NCBI RefSeq assembly: GCF_000002075.1
Contig: NW_004797425.1
Span: 994,145 to 1,058,144, forward strand
Reading direction: 5' to 3'
Length of the DNA: 64,000 bases
Source of the DNA: Aplysia californica
Taxonomy: Eukaryota
In this document: piece by piece, positions 11,778 through 24,594 of the stretch
Position numbering within the stretch: the stretch's first letter is position 1
How the letters are laid out: every line of letters begins with the position of its first letter
Position numbers and translations under genes: made by a program
Notes under the pieces: generated by a model
Databases searched by the model: none
What the model saw: the letters and a program-made list of their open reading frames with translations, nothing else
What the model was told of the DNA's origin: nothing

Positions 11778-13505
11778 CGTTATGTTGGTTGCAACTCTTT
11801 GTCAATGACTGTGGTATCAAGATTTTTTTTTGTTGTCTCTTAGCATCACTGTCACTTAGACCTAGAATGCTGAATTTAGTGAAGTGAGCCAAAGTCCCAA
11901 CACATCACACGTCCAATTACAGAAATTTTCAGGCATTCTTGTCTTTCTTCCAGAATATCTAGTTTGTAATTTGTACCCTAAGTACTGTTCGTCACCTCAG
12001 GACTATTTTGTTCAGAGTCCGTCTTTACACCTGGGACAAAATAGTTCTGAGACTACGTGTTGTTGAGCTTCTTGGGACAAAACTGAACAAAATAAGATGC
12101 TGTAATTGTACAATAGAATCTAGACCTACTGAATCAGTGAATGAATGAGAATGCCTAATGTGGTGAGATGAGTGGAACAAAGTCTCTGGTCCACACTTCA
12201 AAATAGATCGAATGAGCTTCACAACATAGGATCCAATGAATCGCATTGATTTCATTGATCTAGAATTATATCCATTTTTAAATAGAAATTCACAGGCACT
12301 TTTCAAGTCTTTTTTTCCCCCAGAATATCTCTATTACAGTTTGTAATTATACACTGTCGTATTAAAGCACAGAGACAAAACTTATTAACTGGGTTGAGGA
12401 GATCTTGCGAAACAGAGAAGAGAGAAACTATTTTTTCAGTTGTTACGCAGTTAATTACTGTAGAGAAATGGGGTATCCCAAATACTTTTTTGGGTTGGGG
12501 GGGGGGGGGTAGCCATTTAGACTACATCACTATGTAACCCCAGTTTTGCTGTAAATCAGTTGGGTGGTTTTTCAGCCGCCGCTGTGCTGTATGGTGTAAA
12601 ATCGGCCATTGGTTGGATCTAATATGACACTGCTTGTTTCCACTTTTTTGTACGGAGCTTTTCTATGTTTAAAACTTTATGGATTTTTGTTTTTCACCTT
12701 TTTCAGTTACATTCTGCTGTTTGAAGAGGTGCATAATCTTGATTTTGACTCTTAATATTATATTTACTATTAACTCACCCAGCCCTTACGCTGGTAATAT
12801 CGGTATGCGCGTGCAACGCTCCAACCCTGACGCCGACAGTATCGATATGGACAATTTCGCTATTGTGACAGAAAACACTACTTTTCTGTGAAACAGACTA
12901 TAGCTGAATTGGAAGAGTAACCATTTTTTGTGTAAAACACTTATGACCAGAAGCACAAGCCCAAATTTAGAACAAAGAAAGCAATATTCGTGAACCATGT
13001 GAGGGGGTGCAAAATTTGAACGCACTTCCTTTCTTCGCTTTTCATTTACTTTTGACTCTGTATAGACCTTTTTCCACTGAGCATTACATAAATACTATTA
13101 CATATTTTGCCTTCAAATTTTCAGTACACACAAAGTATGAAATGATCACTGTCAAAGTCATTCCGTTCTCTTCAACCAAAACCTAAAACTAATTCTCTCA
13201 TGATACATGAAGTTCATTCAATCTACTTTCAGGAAATGTAAAACAGAGTTATTGATAAAACAAAAAATTTTCAGTTTTTTGTTCAACCATGATTTAATCT
13301 TCAACAGTGACATTTTACTGTCAGCCGAGAATGTCCCAGTTACTCAAAATTCTACAATGTGACCATAAAGTAGTGATAATCTGAGAAAAGCAATTAAGAG
13401 TCCCCAAAAATATTGCAAATTTTTACTACAGAATTATCTAATGTCACCATAGGTCAAGGTCATCTAAAAATGTTCAAAAATGAAAATTGTAGCTAATTCA
13501 ATATA

Positions 13506-14337
13506 CAGTCGAACCTGTGTAAGACAGCCACCCATTGTCAAGGAGAAAAGTGGCCGTATAAGACAGGTGGCCGTCTTAGGCAGGACTGATCAAGATGAAG
13601 AAAACAAACCATTCCTTTCTGAGAAAACAAACCCTTCCTTTCTGAGGTCCCAATCGAAGGTAGTTGCATTGTTGCTGTTGTTTTCGCTAAGTTTTCTTTT
13701 CTTTTGTTGCTGCTTTTGTGCATGGGTGACAATAAAACGAAATGTGTCAGACAAGGAGGACCAAGTGCTATGGTAAACAAACATACGTACTACCACTCGG
13801 AGAACAAGCGACGCCTCTGTCACACGTTCATGCTGACGTCCATTGTTACTTTGTTACAGACTGGGTAAACAGTGACCACTCATCTCACTTGCGATTTGTA
13901 TAAGGATTCTGGGCGGGGCTTATGGGTTATGAGGGATAACACGCTTACCTCCCCAGCAGCTGAAAATTAATTTTGTTACCTATTGGTCAACAATAGGAGG
14001 GGCCTACGCAACATGATCAGTTGGAGGGACAGGTTTTTAGATTATGACGGCTCGCCTACAACGCCAGGGGCCTAGACGGTCAGAGATAGTATAAGAACGT
14101 ATAGCCAGGGGCCATTGCTTAATTTATGACAAAACGTAATGGAGTCACTAAGGTGGCCGTCTAAGACAGATGTTATTGCTTTGTGTGTTGAAATATGGTG
14201 GCCGCGGCCGCGTTGGACAGGTGCCCGTTTTTCACAGTTAAATTATATATAGAAAAAACGCAAGGGGGGGAAATAGAAAGTGTCCGTTTGTACTGGTGGC
14301 CGTCTTATAGAGGTGGCCGTCAGGGCAGGTTCGACTG
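13506..14337. mobile_element. Tc1/mariner (pogo/Tigger-like) MITE
   Basis: TA|CAGTCGAACCTG ... CAGGTTCGACTG|TA; subterminal GGTGGCCGT repeats. Confidence 0.85.
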
Positions 14338-15346
14338 TACTTTCCAAAAATTGTATGGTATATTTGGGTTTCATGTTACTCCCAAAAATCTTTTCTATGT
14401 GAAAATAAACAAAACCCACCTGGCAAAATAGTGAAATTACGCTGACAGTTTTAGGGTTAAGCACTTCCATTATTTTAATGCTTTTGGGCAACTTTACCTA
14501 CTGGAACTAGCTTTCAAATTTTTAATTTTTTAAATGGTATCCTTTACTTATTTTATGTATTGACCTGTGCTTTTGAAGTTATGATACGGGATTAATTTGG
14601 GAAAATTTACTGGCAGCTGGTGTCAGAGAGATGCACTCTTAAGATTAAACAGTGAAAGTGTCTTTGATGTTTTCACCCATCTTTCTTCCTGCTCTGGGAC
14701 TCCAAAGTTTTAAAAATCTATTTGTCAATTAGACTGATGTAGATCGTATCCCTTTACCAAAAATATTTTAAGGCTTAATTTTCCTGACAGCACATTTTTT
14801 CATTGATACCGAAACATTTTGTTTCTTTTCCTGTGCCTAATTTTCCAGCAACTTTTCCAACAAAAATATTATGTTCTAAAATGTTTTAATGCCTCTTTAC
14901 TTTATGATGTGACCAAAGTGTGTCATTTTCCTTTTCTGGTTATATCATGAGTCCAATTTTTGTCTTTAACTCTAATTCTTTCAGACAATTGTTCTCTTAC
15001 AAGTTCATGGCAGCATCCTATATCACCTTTATCTTTTAAAAAAATTATTATTCTCGCTATTTACAGCCATAGGTGGCTATTGGTGGCGAATGTCAGTGTT
15101 TGAAGAAACTTGAGATTTGTTTCTTCATTTGTATTCTACCTAAACTTTAAAGTTTTTAATTGCTATAGCAAGGCATCTTTTTGTGTCTGTTGACATCACC
15201 ATCACATTTTGATCATAATAAAGCACAACTAGTTCAAATTTTTATTTTTTCTCTTAAAATTTTGGATGTCCTGACATTGACAATATAATATCTATAGATT
15301 ATTCTTTTCTGCATGATCTATTCCCTTCAAAGTTGGGACTGTAATA

Positions 15347-15890
15347 CAGTGTTGTCCGCCTAATAGCAACCCCATTGGGGAGCAGGGTTGCTGCACTTAA
15401 TTTTTCAGGACGTTGGGGGGGGGACACGAGTCCTTATCACCAGATGTGGTGATGTCATTATAGAAAGTAAGAACATAAAAGGCTAGCAGTGATTGAGTAT
15501 GGGCAGTAATGTTACTCCCAATTGCCGAGACGACTCCGCGGGAGATTCTTGAAAGGGGGTGGCTCTTGGCGAGAGGGTGTGAACTGAGTTCCTGTACTCA
15601 ACGCGATTTATTTTTGCCCTGAGCAGTTCTTGTGGGGAGATAAACAAGAGATGAGGGATGACGCACAATTAAATTATTAGGCCAGTGTTGGTGTTCACAT
15701 GGTTTTTTAATCTAAAGAAAGATATGTTTGATAATTTATAGCAATGAGATTTCTGTTATAATATAGGAAAAAGTTACTGTGAAAGGGTTATATATTTTAT
15801 ATTGGAAAATCTCATTTACACGAGCTTAGGTTGTTAAGTGGAGGTTGCTGTTATCAGGATTGTTGTTAACTAAGTCAGTGGACACCACTG
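15347..15890. mobile_element. Tc1/mariner-type MITE
   Basis: TA|CAGTGTTGTCCGC ... GTGGACACCACTG imperfect TIR. Confidence 0.55.
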
Positions 15891-15919
15891 TTATTATTTA
15901 TTGTGTAAAATTATTTATT

Positions 15920-16090
15920 AGTGTTTGAGAACTTAATCAGCTTGTACTGTATGCTTCCCGGGAAGCTGAGAATGTTTTGCTGAGTGTTCTGTGGTCTGCT
16001 GGGGTAATAATATATAGTGTAAAGCGCATGGAGCTTGCTGTGGAGCGGGGTTATGCCCTATACAAATGCTATTTATTATTTATTATTATT
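15920..16090 (+). mobile_element. SINE family A, 3' fragment
   Basis: Matches ~565-720 (TGTATGCTTCCCGGGAAGCTGAGAATG...TATTATT). Confidence 0.85.
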
Positions 16091-16342
16091 ACTTTCTTAA
16101 TTTTGACTGATCTTCCTCCTTTGTTGAGGCTACTGGATTTGTCATGCTGTTGGTCATTCCTAAATTCTCTCATGCTTTCGGCATATGATTGATAGTAATG
16201 GTATTCATCTAAGTTGTCTCTCACCCTGTGACCCTTGTTTCCTCTGAGCCAATCTGATGTTTCTCTCTTTTTATGGTGGCTTTTTGGTCCTTGTGCCTAA
16301 TTTCTATCGTTGATGCAATGGATGTTGGGACCTCCCCATTTC

Positions 16343-16692
16343 ATCTAGTGGTTAAGCTCTCGGACTCGCAACCGTAAGGTCGTGGGTTCGAATCCCGTCA
16401 GGGGCCCGACGTTGTTACCTTGGGAAAGGCACTTTACATGAATTTTCCTCACTTCACCCTTTTCCTCACCTCACCCAAGTGGAAATGGGTACCCGGCTAT
16501 AGACAGCGAAAGATATTGTCAGTTTGTTTCTGTTTGAGCGCTAAATCAGCTGCTTGCGCTGTATGCTTCCCGGGAAGCTGAGAATGTTTCGAAGTGTTCT
16601 ATGGTCTGCTGGGGTCATAATATAGTGTAATGCACATAGAGTCTGCTGTTGAGCGGGAATATGCGCTATACAAATGCTGTTTATTATTATTA
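16343..16692 (+). mobile_element. SINE family A, near full length
   Basis: CTCTCGGACTCGCAACC...GGTTCGAATCC head; colinear with 390-722. Confidence 0.87.
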
Positions 16693-17034
16693 ATGGTTTT
16701 TCACATATTATGTGATGCACACAGTCAAATATTTTATAATAGTCAACACAATGAGCAATTTATAGATTTTTATTGTTCTTTCTGCATTTTTCAATGTTCT
16801 AGATGTTAAATTTTTGGTTTTCTGTTCCTCTATTTTGCTTGTCTGAATCTGGTTTGAAAGATTTAAAAATTTGTTTTTTTATCTTACTCTTTTTTGTGAT
16901 GTGTAAGATGATGTTGCTGGCATGGTTGATGAAAGCGATGATTTAACCAGTTTCAGCCGTCTTTTTTACCATTTTCTTGAAAAGAGATAACATGTTCACA
17001 GAAAAAAGAATGTGTGTGCATAGAAATCAAATAT

Positions 17035-17700
17035 TGTACTTCCGAACCAATTTTTCATAGAGAATCCATTCCTTTTCTAGATGACACACCACACATCAAG
17101 TAAGAAGTCAGAAGGATAAATAATTTTCACTGAGGTGTTTACTTTTGCATAGAAATATCCATCTCAGGTTGATCACCCAATTTCCAAATTCACAAAATCA
17201 GCACCCTTTGTAGCCACCTGCTGCAATGATGGTTGACTGACATCGTCGACGCATGGAATTGAATAGATACATTTTTGAGTAAACTGCTGGTTGAATTTGC
17301 TGCTAGATTCTTTTTAACTATTTCGCAAGTTCATCTAATGTTTGGGGTTGGTCTTTATCCGGGGATATTACGTGCTGCAGTTATGGAGGACGCAATCTGT
17401 TCTGGAAATGAAGGCAATGGATGTGCTGGTCTTGTATCTGTATTGTGATCCGAGGCCTACCACTTCTAGGTTGATCAATTTTTTTACAGGCACCCACACA
17501 GCTGCCCATACACTTCCAATGTTACTTCTGTGGACAATATTGAGCCTCTGAGTCACATCTCGCTGTGTACTTCCAGCCTGCAGCAGTCCCAACTCTAGTC
17601 TTTTATCATTTTCCAACAGATGTGGCAGGTTTTGAAAGCAAAAATTTTGCTGTTTTATGTTTTTAGAAATAAACAGCCGTTTTTGTAATTTCTCCATTGC
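17035..17700 (-). mobile_element. Internally deleted Tc1-like transposase remnant
   Basis: N-terminal HTH-like LGLLQAGSTQRDVTQRLNIVHRSNI and C-terminal LFNSMRRRCQ..IAAGG (~17210-17266); catalytic core missing. Confidence 0.7.
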
Positions 17701-19279
17701 TCATTTCACTTCCTCGACCAGTGGGTCAGATTCTTTAAAACAAATTAGTTTGGTCTCAATCTGGGTTTTCCTTTGTGTTGTACTTTAGTGTTCCCTCAAG
17801 CTGTTCAGGAAGTTCTCATTCTCTGAAAGCGGTTTTCCTTTTTTGTCATTCATTGCCTAATGTATAGAACAAAGCCTTACATTCTGCTCTCCGGTTGGTC
17901 ATCACCAAATATCAAGCGTTTGAAAAACCTTGTTTTAGGACCTTTGAAAATAATTCCCAACTGGCAGTCTGAAATATGTATCTATAATATATCTGACTGT
18001 GTGTATGGGTAGTATGATGCAATAATTTTGTTTCATCTAGGAAATACTTGCTTACAACAAGAGATTATTAGGTTACTTGGCCGTTTGCCACATAGTTTGT
18101 AATTCGGTTTCTTGCTTTTCATTTGTCGCTTATGGCTCGTGGTTTGGATATTTTGCAAGTTGTTATGAGGTATGATGTTGCATGCAGAATTACTGATGGC
18201 ATACAGTTCATTGCTGCTTGTAAAATCTCAAGGTTATTGAACATGTCTTGGTGAATAATTTTTAAGTACTTCTAGAGTATGTCTGCTTTGGACATGCAAG
18301 CATTTGAATATACAAAGCGTAAGAAAACGAAATTGAATGTGTTTGCCTTTGTAGTTCCAGTATGGGCATTGGGTAGATCCTGCGATGTTACTATCCTTCC
18401 GTCACTTTTGTCTGTCTGGTTTCTCCCCAACACTAAGGACCATTATTGTGTCTAACTCGGATAAGACAAACAGAGATTCTGGAATAGATCAGGCTATGGT
18501 GTGTCGTTTAGTTACAAAGTAAAAAATCAAAATTTCCCCCGGGGAGTTAATTTTTCTTTGGGTTGTGAAGGGTGGATCTGAAAACCTTTAGTGTTTCTGA
18601 ATTTCACTAATAAACTGAAATTTGGGGGTAGTTAGATTTAAGACTGAGGGACAATTACTGAAATCAAGCATTTGATATGCAAGAGCTGATGTCAGTTCCA
18701 AATACACTCCCCCAATAAATAACATATTAAATATATACTTCATTAAATGATTCGTGCTGTCTTTCTAAGATTTTTGTATCTTCCTGATTAAGATTTCAAT
18801 TAGATCAATTTTTTTAAATATTTGTTGGGGGGGGGGGGGGGGGGGGGGGATTCCAAGTTTAGTAGGAGGCATAGTAGATATATATGAGACAATTGACACT
18901 TCATGGAAGACAACTAACACTTCATTATCACGATCCCCACCCTCTCAAGCCTAATGATCATTAGCAGCAATAACATCATTAGCGACAACCTCGCCATCTT
19001 GCTCTCAAGCATCTGTTTTATAGTGAATTGAATGATAACCTTGAGAGTTTTGACTAGATCTACAATGAAAAGGAGGCATATAGAATTTAAAACAGAGCTC
19101 AATGAAAGAAACCTCTATTGTTCTAACTGTAGCGAACAATGACGAAATATTGATAATTTATACGTACCGACACCACACACACACACACTATCTCAGTGTC
19201 AGAGTGTCATTTCCAGTTTTGTGTTCATGTTTTTATAATAGGAGTTTTTTTGGTTGTTGTTTTTTTTTCTTGGTAGGTG

Positions 19280-19756
19280 ATTTACGGTGCTTGCAACTGC
19301 ATAAGGTCGTATGAGGGTGTGGGACATACATTTTCAGTTGGTCGGAAAATTTTAAATTTTGCCCATGTGGCGGCCGAAGCCAACTCTTATCGATTTTCAG
19401 ACCACCAAGGGATCTTTAAAACTTGTGCAACGTGCACACGGGACCTCAGAGATTTTTCACCCTTATCCGAGAAGGCTTGCTGTAGATCTTACCTCCCGTA
19501 AGATTAGGGGGTGTGGCCGAAATACAGGTGTAAGAAGGAGCCAAGGAGTAACAGTAGAAAGGCTGCAGAAAGAGTCGGGAGCCCAGAGGAGGGGGTGAGG
19601 GAGCGGGGCAGAAAATGGAGACGTAAGCAGACGACAGGACATTGTTAAAAAGGAGAAAATTTTAGAGAAGAAACTTTTCGTCATAATCTGAACTTGAAGC
19701 CTGGACCTATTGAATGAGAGGTGAACACAGTAACCTCTGGACCACAAAAAGCCCCC
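19280..19756 (-). mobile_element. tRNA-derived SINE family B (I/Nimb-like tail), full length
   Basis: Reverse complement is colinear with 49585-49765 plus 50232-50590 and with 21715-22135; tail ATACGACCTTATGCAGTTGCAAGCACCGTAAA. Confidence 0.8.
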
Positions 19757-20106
19757 GAAACAGGAGAAAAGTATTTATAAAGTGATCACCTTTATATCTA
19801 GTGTGTCATATTTTTGCTTTAGCATTTGGCTTTATGTCGTTCTGCTGCTGTTGGTTGATTCATATTTCCTTTAGTGGCATCATCAGTATTGATTTCCCCC
19901 TCACTATGTAGTCACATTTAGCAGTGAAGCCTTCTAGTGAACAAACGACCATGGGAATGTAGCCAACTGTGCCTTACTCTTATGGAACAGCAATGGTTAC
20001 AAAGGCTTGGAGAGACATTGTCTTTGAGAAGGTTCTGCTATAGCTTGGTTTTCCTTCAATCATAACTAACGCTAATGCCTAATGTTCATTCTTGAATCAT
20101 TTACAG

Positions 20107-20132
20107 GATTTTCCAAGGTCTGTACAGATCTC
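20107..20132 (+). CDS. SETD2: Candidate 26-nt SETD2 micro-exon
   Basis: tttacag|gattttccaaggtctgtacagatctc|gtaagt, with three CTAAY motifs upstream. Exon 1 plus this exon ends in phase 1, which matches the acceptor at 34112. Confidence 0.4.
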
Positions 20133-20197
20133 GTAAGTACTATTAAGACAAATTTTAGATAACGGTATTTTTGTTCTTTCTTTTGTCTTTGAAATAG

Positions 20198-20417
20198 GGA
20201 CGACAATCAAGGGGTAGCATTTGACCTGTCTCAGGTGCCACTCCCACCCTCTGTGCCTGCTGCCTCAACACGCAGTAGTAGGCGATCTTCAGGGTCCCAG
20301 ATCGAAATGAAAGATGATGACCGGAGAGGAAAACGGAAGAAGAAGAAAAAGAAAAAAAGAAACGGGGAAAGCAGACTGTTTGATCCAGCAGATGATGACG
20401 AAGAGGAAGAAAAAGAG
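20198..20417 (+). CDS. SETD2: SETD2 exon (DDNQGVAFDLSQVPLPP...KRKKKKKKKR...DDDEEEEKE)
   Basis: Polypyrimidine tract plus ag at 20196-97, donor GAG|gttaga. In frame with exon 1 (phase 2 to 0). Contains a poly-Lys NLS-like run. Confidence 0.75.
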
Positions 20418-21254
20418 GTTAGATATAGTTTTTGTGTTGAGTGTCATCAATAGTGATTTTTAATTTTGTTGTTTCTTTTGTTCGTTGTTGATCTTGACAG
20501 TCTTGAGCGAAATCGAATTGAAAGTCCACCTTATAATTGCTTCAACATGAACTTTTGAAGCTTCAATTCTTTGTTTTTCTTGTTCAAATTTTCATTGGAT
20601 GTGAGTATGTTTTGTGTCTTTTGATTCGACTGTTTCCATCACTATCTTAATCAATGTTGAAATTGGGTTCTGCATTGATTTTTGCCATCGGCTCTGTCAT
20701 TTATTTATTTATTTTTTTAAATTAATTTTTTTTTTTGGGGGGGGGGGGGTCCTTTGTTGTTTTATGGTGATTAAATGGTGTAAGTTTGACACTGTTGCTT
20801 GTTAGATTTTTAGGTGGCTTTTTGGTTTAGTTGTTGGAGCAGATTGATAGATTTTGTATAATGGGTTAGTGTGACGCTGTTCTAGTTAGTTTTTTTTTAC
20901 TTCATTGTACTAGTTGTTATCATGAGAAATGGGTACAGTACATGTGAATCATCATTACCATAGAGCGCTCAGCCAACTTAATCTTGATTCATATTCTTGC
21001 TGTTTGATGAAATTGCAAAATTTGACTATGTGAAACATACCTAGTGTTTGTCGTGCATTTGTGTGATAATCCAAGTCCTTGGAGTTAACGCACAAAGGTT
21101 AAAAGAATTGTACACGTTTAAGTTCAGGTGGAGAGAAAATAGTTTTTGAAAAGATTGAGGTAAAGTGATGTTTAATTGTCTATATTGGTTTTGAATCTAA
21201 TTCCTCACCCCTCCAAACTACCAGCATCATGTGAAGACATAATGGATGCATTTT

Positions 21255-21321
21255 ATGATCAAGGGGAATAATCATGTATGATCAAGGGGAATAATCATGT
21301 ATGATCAAGGGGAATAATCAA
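21255..21321. repeat. 23-bp tandem repeat x3
   Basis: TATGATCAAGGGGAATAATCATG units. Confidence 0.9.
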
Positions 21322-21714
21322 TAATTTTGTAGGCTCCTGAAGTTGCCTGTCTTTATTGAAAATGTTGCCAAGTAGTTAATTGCTGAATATTGGATTTAGA
21401 ATAAGAGGTCAGCACTCAAAAGTGGACAGGAAAACACTGAAATTGGAAGATTTACTTCAGGACTTCAGGACTACTGGAGAAGGGGGTGAAGATACGTCTG
21501 ATGCTCTCCACAATGGCCACTTCCCGTTGCAAATTTGAAAAGCGGTTTTTAAGCTTTATCTAAAGTTGTTTCCATATTTGTTTCTCATAAGCTAATAGGC
21601 TTATAAATCAGTACAGCATGAGTTAAGTCAGTGTCTAATTCTTTTTTTGATTTGTTGCAACATTAAGATTAGTATGTTCATTGTCATAAGAGCCGCCTCA
21701 CAAACCTGACAGCG

Positions 21715-22135
21715 GCGAAAAATGTTCTCTAAAAGAAATTTCTTCTTTCACATCCTTTCCTGCTCTGAAACAATGCTCTGTTGTCTGCTTTCGCCTCTAC
21801 TTTCTGCCCCCATTTCTCTTCTGGGGTTCTGACTCTTTTTGCAGCCTCTCTACTGCTACTCCTTGGCTCCTTTTTACTGCTGTCTTTAGCCACACCCCTG
21901 ATCTTAGGGTTGGTAAGATCTAACACCTAGCCTTCTCGGATAAGGGCGAAAAATCTCGGAGGTCTCGTGTGCAAATAGCTCATGATAAAGATTCCTTGGT
22001 GGTCTAAAATCGATAAAGAATAGGCTTCAGCTGCCACCCAGGCAAATTCAAGATTAACTCCTACGAAACAGAAAATGTTTAATGTGTCCTACACACTCAT
22101 ATGACTTATGCAGTTGCGAGCGCTGTAATACACTT
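21715..22135 (+). mobile_element. SINE family B, head degraded
   Basis: Shared body CTACTGCTACTCCTTGGCTCC...GCCTTCTCGGATAAGGGCGAAAAATC and tail. Confidence 0.8.
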
Positions 22136-23063
22136 TCCAGAACAAAAAAAAAGCCACCTCAGAACACTAATTTAAGCTTCTACAGACTTGTTTTGTCGGG
22201 GATTGTCATTTTTGTAACTTTCTTTCCTGTATCGTAATGTAAAAAAAAAATAAATTAAAGCAGCTCCAAAGTTGCAGGCACAATCCAAATCAGCACTGCT
22301 GGCCCATGGTCACCTTGTTATAGAGGGGGGGGTGGGGGGGTATTTGAGACTTATTTTATGTCATAATAAAATGAGGTTGATGTTGGAATTTATTTTTTAG
22401 AGAAAATGAAAAAATCGGGCCCACGACATATAGATAACAAGAGACATATTAAATGGGTAGAAAAGAGATTGGGGGGGTGGGGGGTGAGGGAAGCCGTTTC
22501 CAGGTGTATTGTAAGTGCAGGGCGGAAATCTTTACGATTTATACAAATTTACAAAATCTAGAAATTGTTGTTTCACTATTCAGTTTATCTTTCATACCAA
22601 TTTGAAGTTTCAGCACTTGTCTTACCATGTCTTATGTTCATGCTTTGAGTGCCTGTAGTGCTTTATTGGAAGCTGTATTTGGTCTGCAAATCGGGAAAAC
22701 CCAATATTATTATAATCGCTTTTTGAAACCGCAGACGGCTTAGTCTCCTCATTTGAATTTTAATAAATTTTCTGTGCAAAAATTCTAGGTGGCTGCGTTT
22801 TCATGGCATTTAAAATGCCGATCACACACAATGAAATTTGGTTGATCATCCAGGGCCCAGCGTTCGAACATAGTTGTAACAAGGTCAGCCTATTAGTTAA
22901 ATGAATAGTCTTTTGATGCCTTTCCTGGTCACGGTTCTGTGTCTGTATGTGTGTCTGTCGGTCTGTCTGTCTCCTGTCTCTCTCCCCCCCCTCCCTCCCT
23001 AATATGTACTCTATCTCACAAACATGCATATGGACACCGACGTACACACACTTACATACACGC

Positions 23064-23074
23064 ACACACACACA

Positions 23075-23134
<60 letters not shown>
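23064..23134. repeat. (CA)n microsatellite
   Basis: Long CA run. Confidence 0.97.
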
Positions 23135-23136
<2 letters not shown>

Positions 23137-23676
23137 CACACGATCACTCTGCATGTCGACACAGACCGTTCGCAGTTTTTGGCTACATCAGTTGAACGAA
23201 GTGATGTGTATATATAACATGTATTTGGAACTTGTTACAAAGTAGACACGTGCTCACACAAAGTAATACCCTTTAGGGGGAAGAAAAAAAATCTAGATCT
23301 TAGGCAGTGAAGGATTTTGATACAGCGGTGCAAGGTGCCTTATGGGCTGGTTTCCATTTCGACTCCGGGAACAGTCATTATCTTGGAGGGAGAAAAGAGG
23401 GTCGCGTGGGGTGAGGGGGGGGGGAGCAACTATCGATCGCTTTATTCCCTTTAGAGCTGCCACCCACTCCCTTCCTGTGGCACGGTTTGTACTCGTCGTA
23501 GGGAGACACGCCCACTCGATCTTTTGTCTACACGGGACTTCTAAATCTAACGCTGTAATGCGAGATTTAGCCTTTCGTGCGCTACGGCTTTGATGCTCTC
23601 AGATTTCTTTTTACGTGTACATATATATTTATTATTCTCTTTCATTTGTTTTTTTTTTGGTATAAGTTTTCCGAAG

Positions 23677-24594
23677 GCCGTAGTCCGAATAACATTTTTT
23701 TCATATTCGGACTCGAGTCCGAATAAGAAAAAATTGTTGTTCGGACATGGGTCCGGATAAAAAGGAAGTGTCTTCGTTCTATAGATCTAACTTTCAGTGC
23801 TTCCAATTTTCCGCCATTTTTTAGTTTCCCCCACACCTTTTCTGCCCATCCGATGCCCGCCGCCTCATTGATACGCCCCCCCCCCCCCCATGTTTCCCAC
23901 TTTCTTTGTTGTAGAAAAAGGTAAAATTGAAGATTAGCAGATCTCCTGGCACCTTCATATTATGAGCTTTGTAAAAAAAAAAAAGACATATTCGTTCAAA
24001 TACACAAGCCTGTGTCATCTCGATTGTTTACCAAGAAAAAGTTGTATTGCTGTGTAGAGCCGAGCATACGGCAACTTTTGATTCCATAGATCAGCGCACA
24101 ATTCATTACGTAGATCTAGGTCAAGACTAGCTTATTATTGTAATAATGATCAGTTACCGGGGGGGGGGGGGGGCTGACACGTATGCGACGTTCAACGCCT
24201 GGACCGATAGCGCCCCCCCCCCCTTCCCCGACACGCACACGCAGCTACACGTGTGCAGGCCGCCCATCCGACCCCGACACACGCTAACGAGCCATCTTTA
24301 ATTGCTTCTGATGACCTCTTGAAAAAATAAACATTTATAAGAAGCGCTCTAACTTTTCAGGCCGGCCTCAAATTCATCATAAGATAAAAAAAAACTCGGC
24401 TCCGGCACAATTTAACGCCATTTTGCCCGAAGTGATCCCGGTCTCTACCCAGCCTGAGGCGAGTCACGAGTGAGGCAAGACAGGAAGCCGGAGTCACGAG
24501 TCACAGAAAGTCGGAAGTGATGTCATGCTGGACAAGAATCAGAGTCCGAATAACATTTTTTCATATTCGGACTCGATTCCGAATAGTCACTTCG
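23677..24594. mobile_element. Mutator-like MITE (TTCGGACTCGAGTCCGAA family)
   Basis: AGTCCGAATAACATTTTTTCATATTCGGACTCG at both ends; right end AATAGTCACTTCG; flanking direct repeat TTTCCGAA(G/T). Confidence 0.6.

Larger units (their letters stand above)
14700..17930 (-). mobile_element. Old, fragmented RTE-clade LINE interrupted by later insertions
   Basis: Minus-strand remnants in the expected order: IAFINHASNIILHI (~16900-16940), RGTENQKFNI..EKCR..VDY..FDCVHH (~16700-16830), ETSDWL..KG (~16230-16270), FGHI (~14910). Confidence 0.6.

Noticed and set aside
12774-14456. Possible piggyBac-type element around the Tc1/mariner MITE
   Set aside because: TTAA flanks are present but the termini are too dissimilar to call TIRs.
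22786-22890. Minus-strand terminal-exon-like segment ADLVTTMFERWALDDQPNFIVCDRHFKCHENAAT*
   Set aside because: No recognised homology, a weak polypyrimidine tract, and it lies downstream of the candidate chain's stop.
24305-24330. CTGATGA...GAAA hammerhead-like cores (also ~32571)
   Set aside because: No stem II or flanking helices can be formed.
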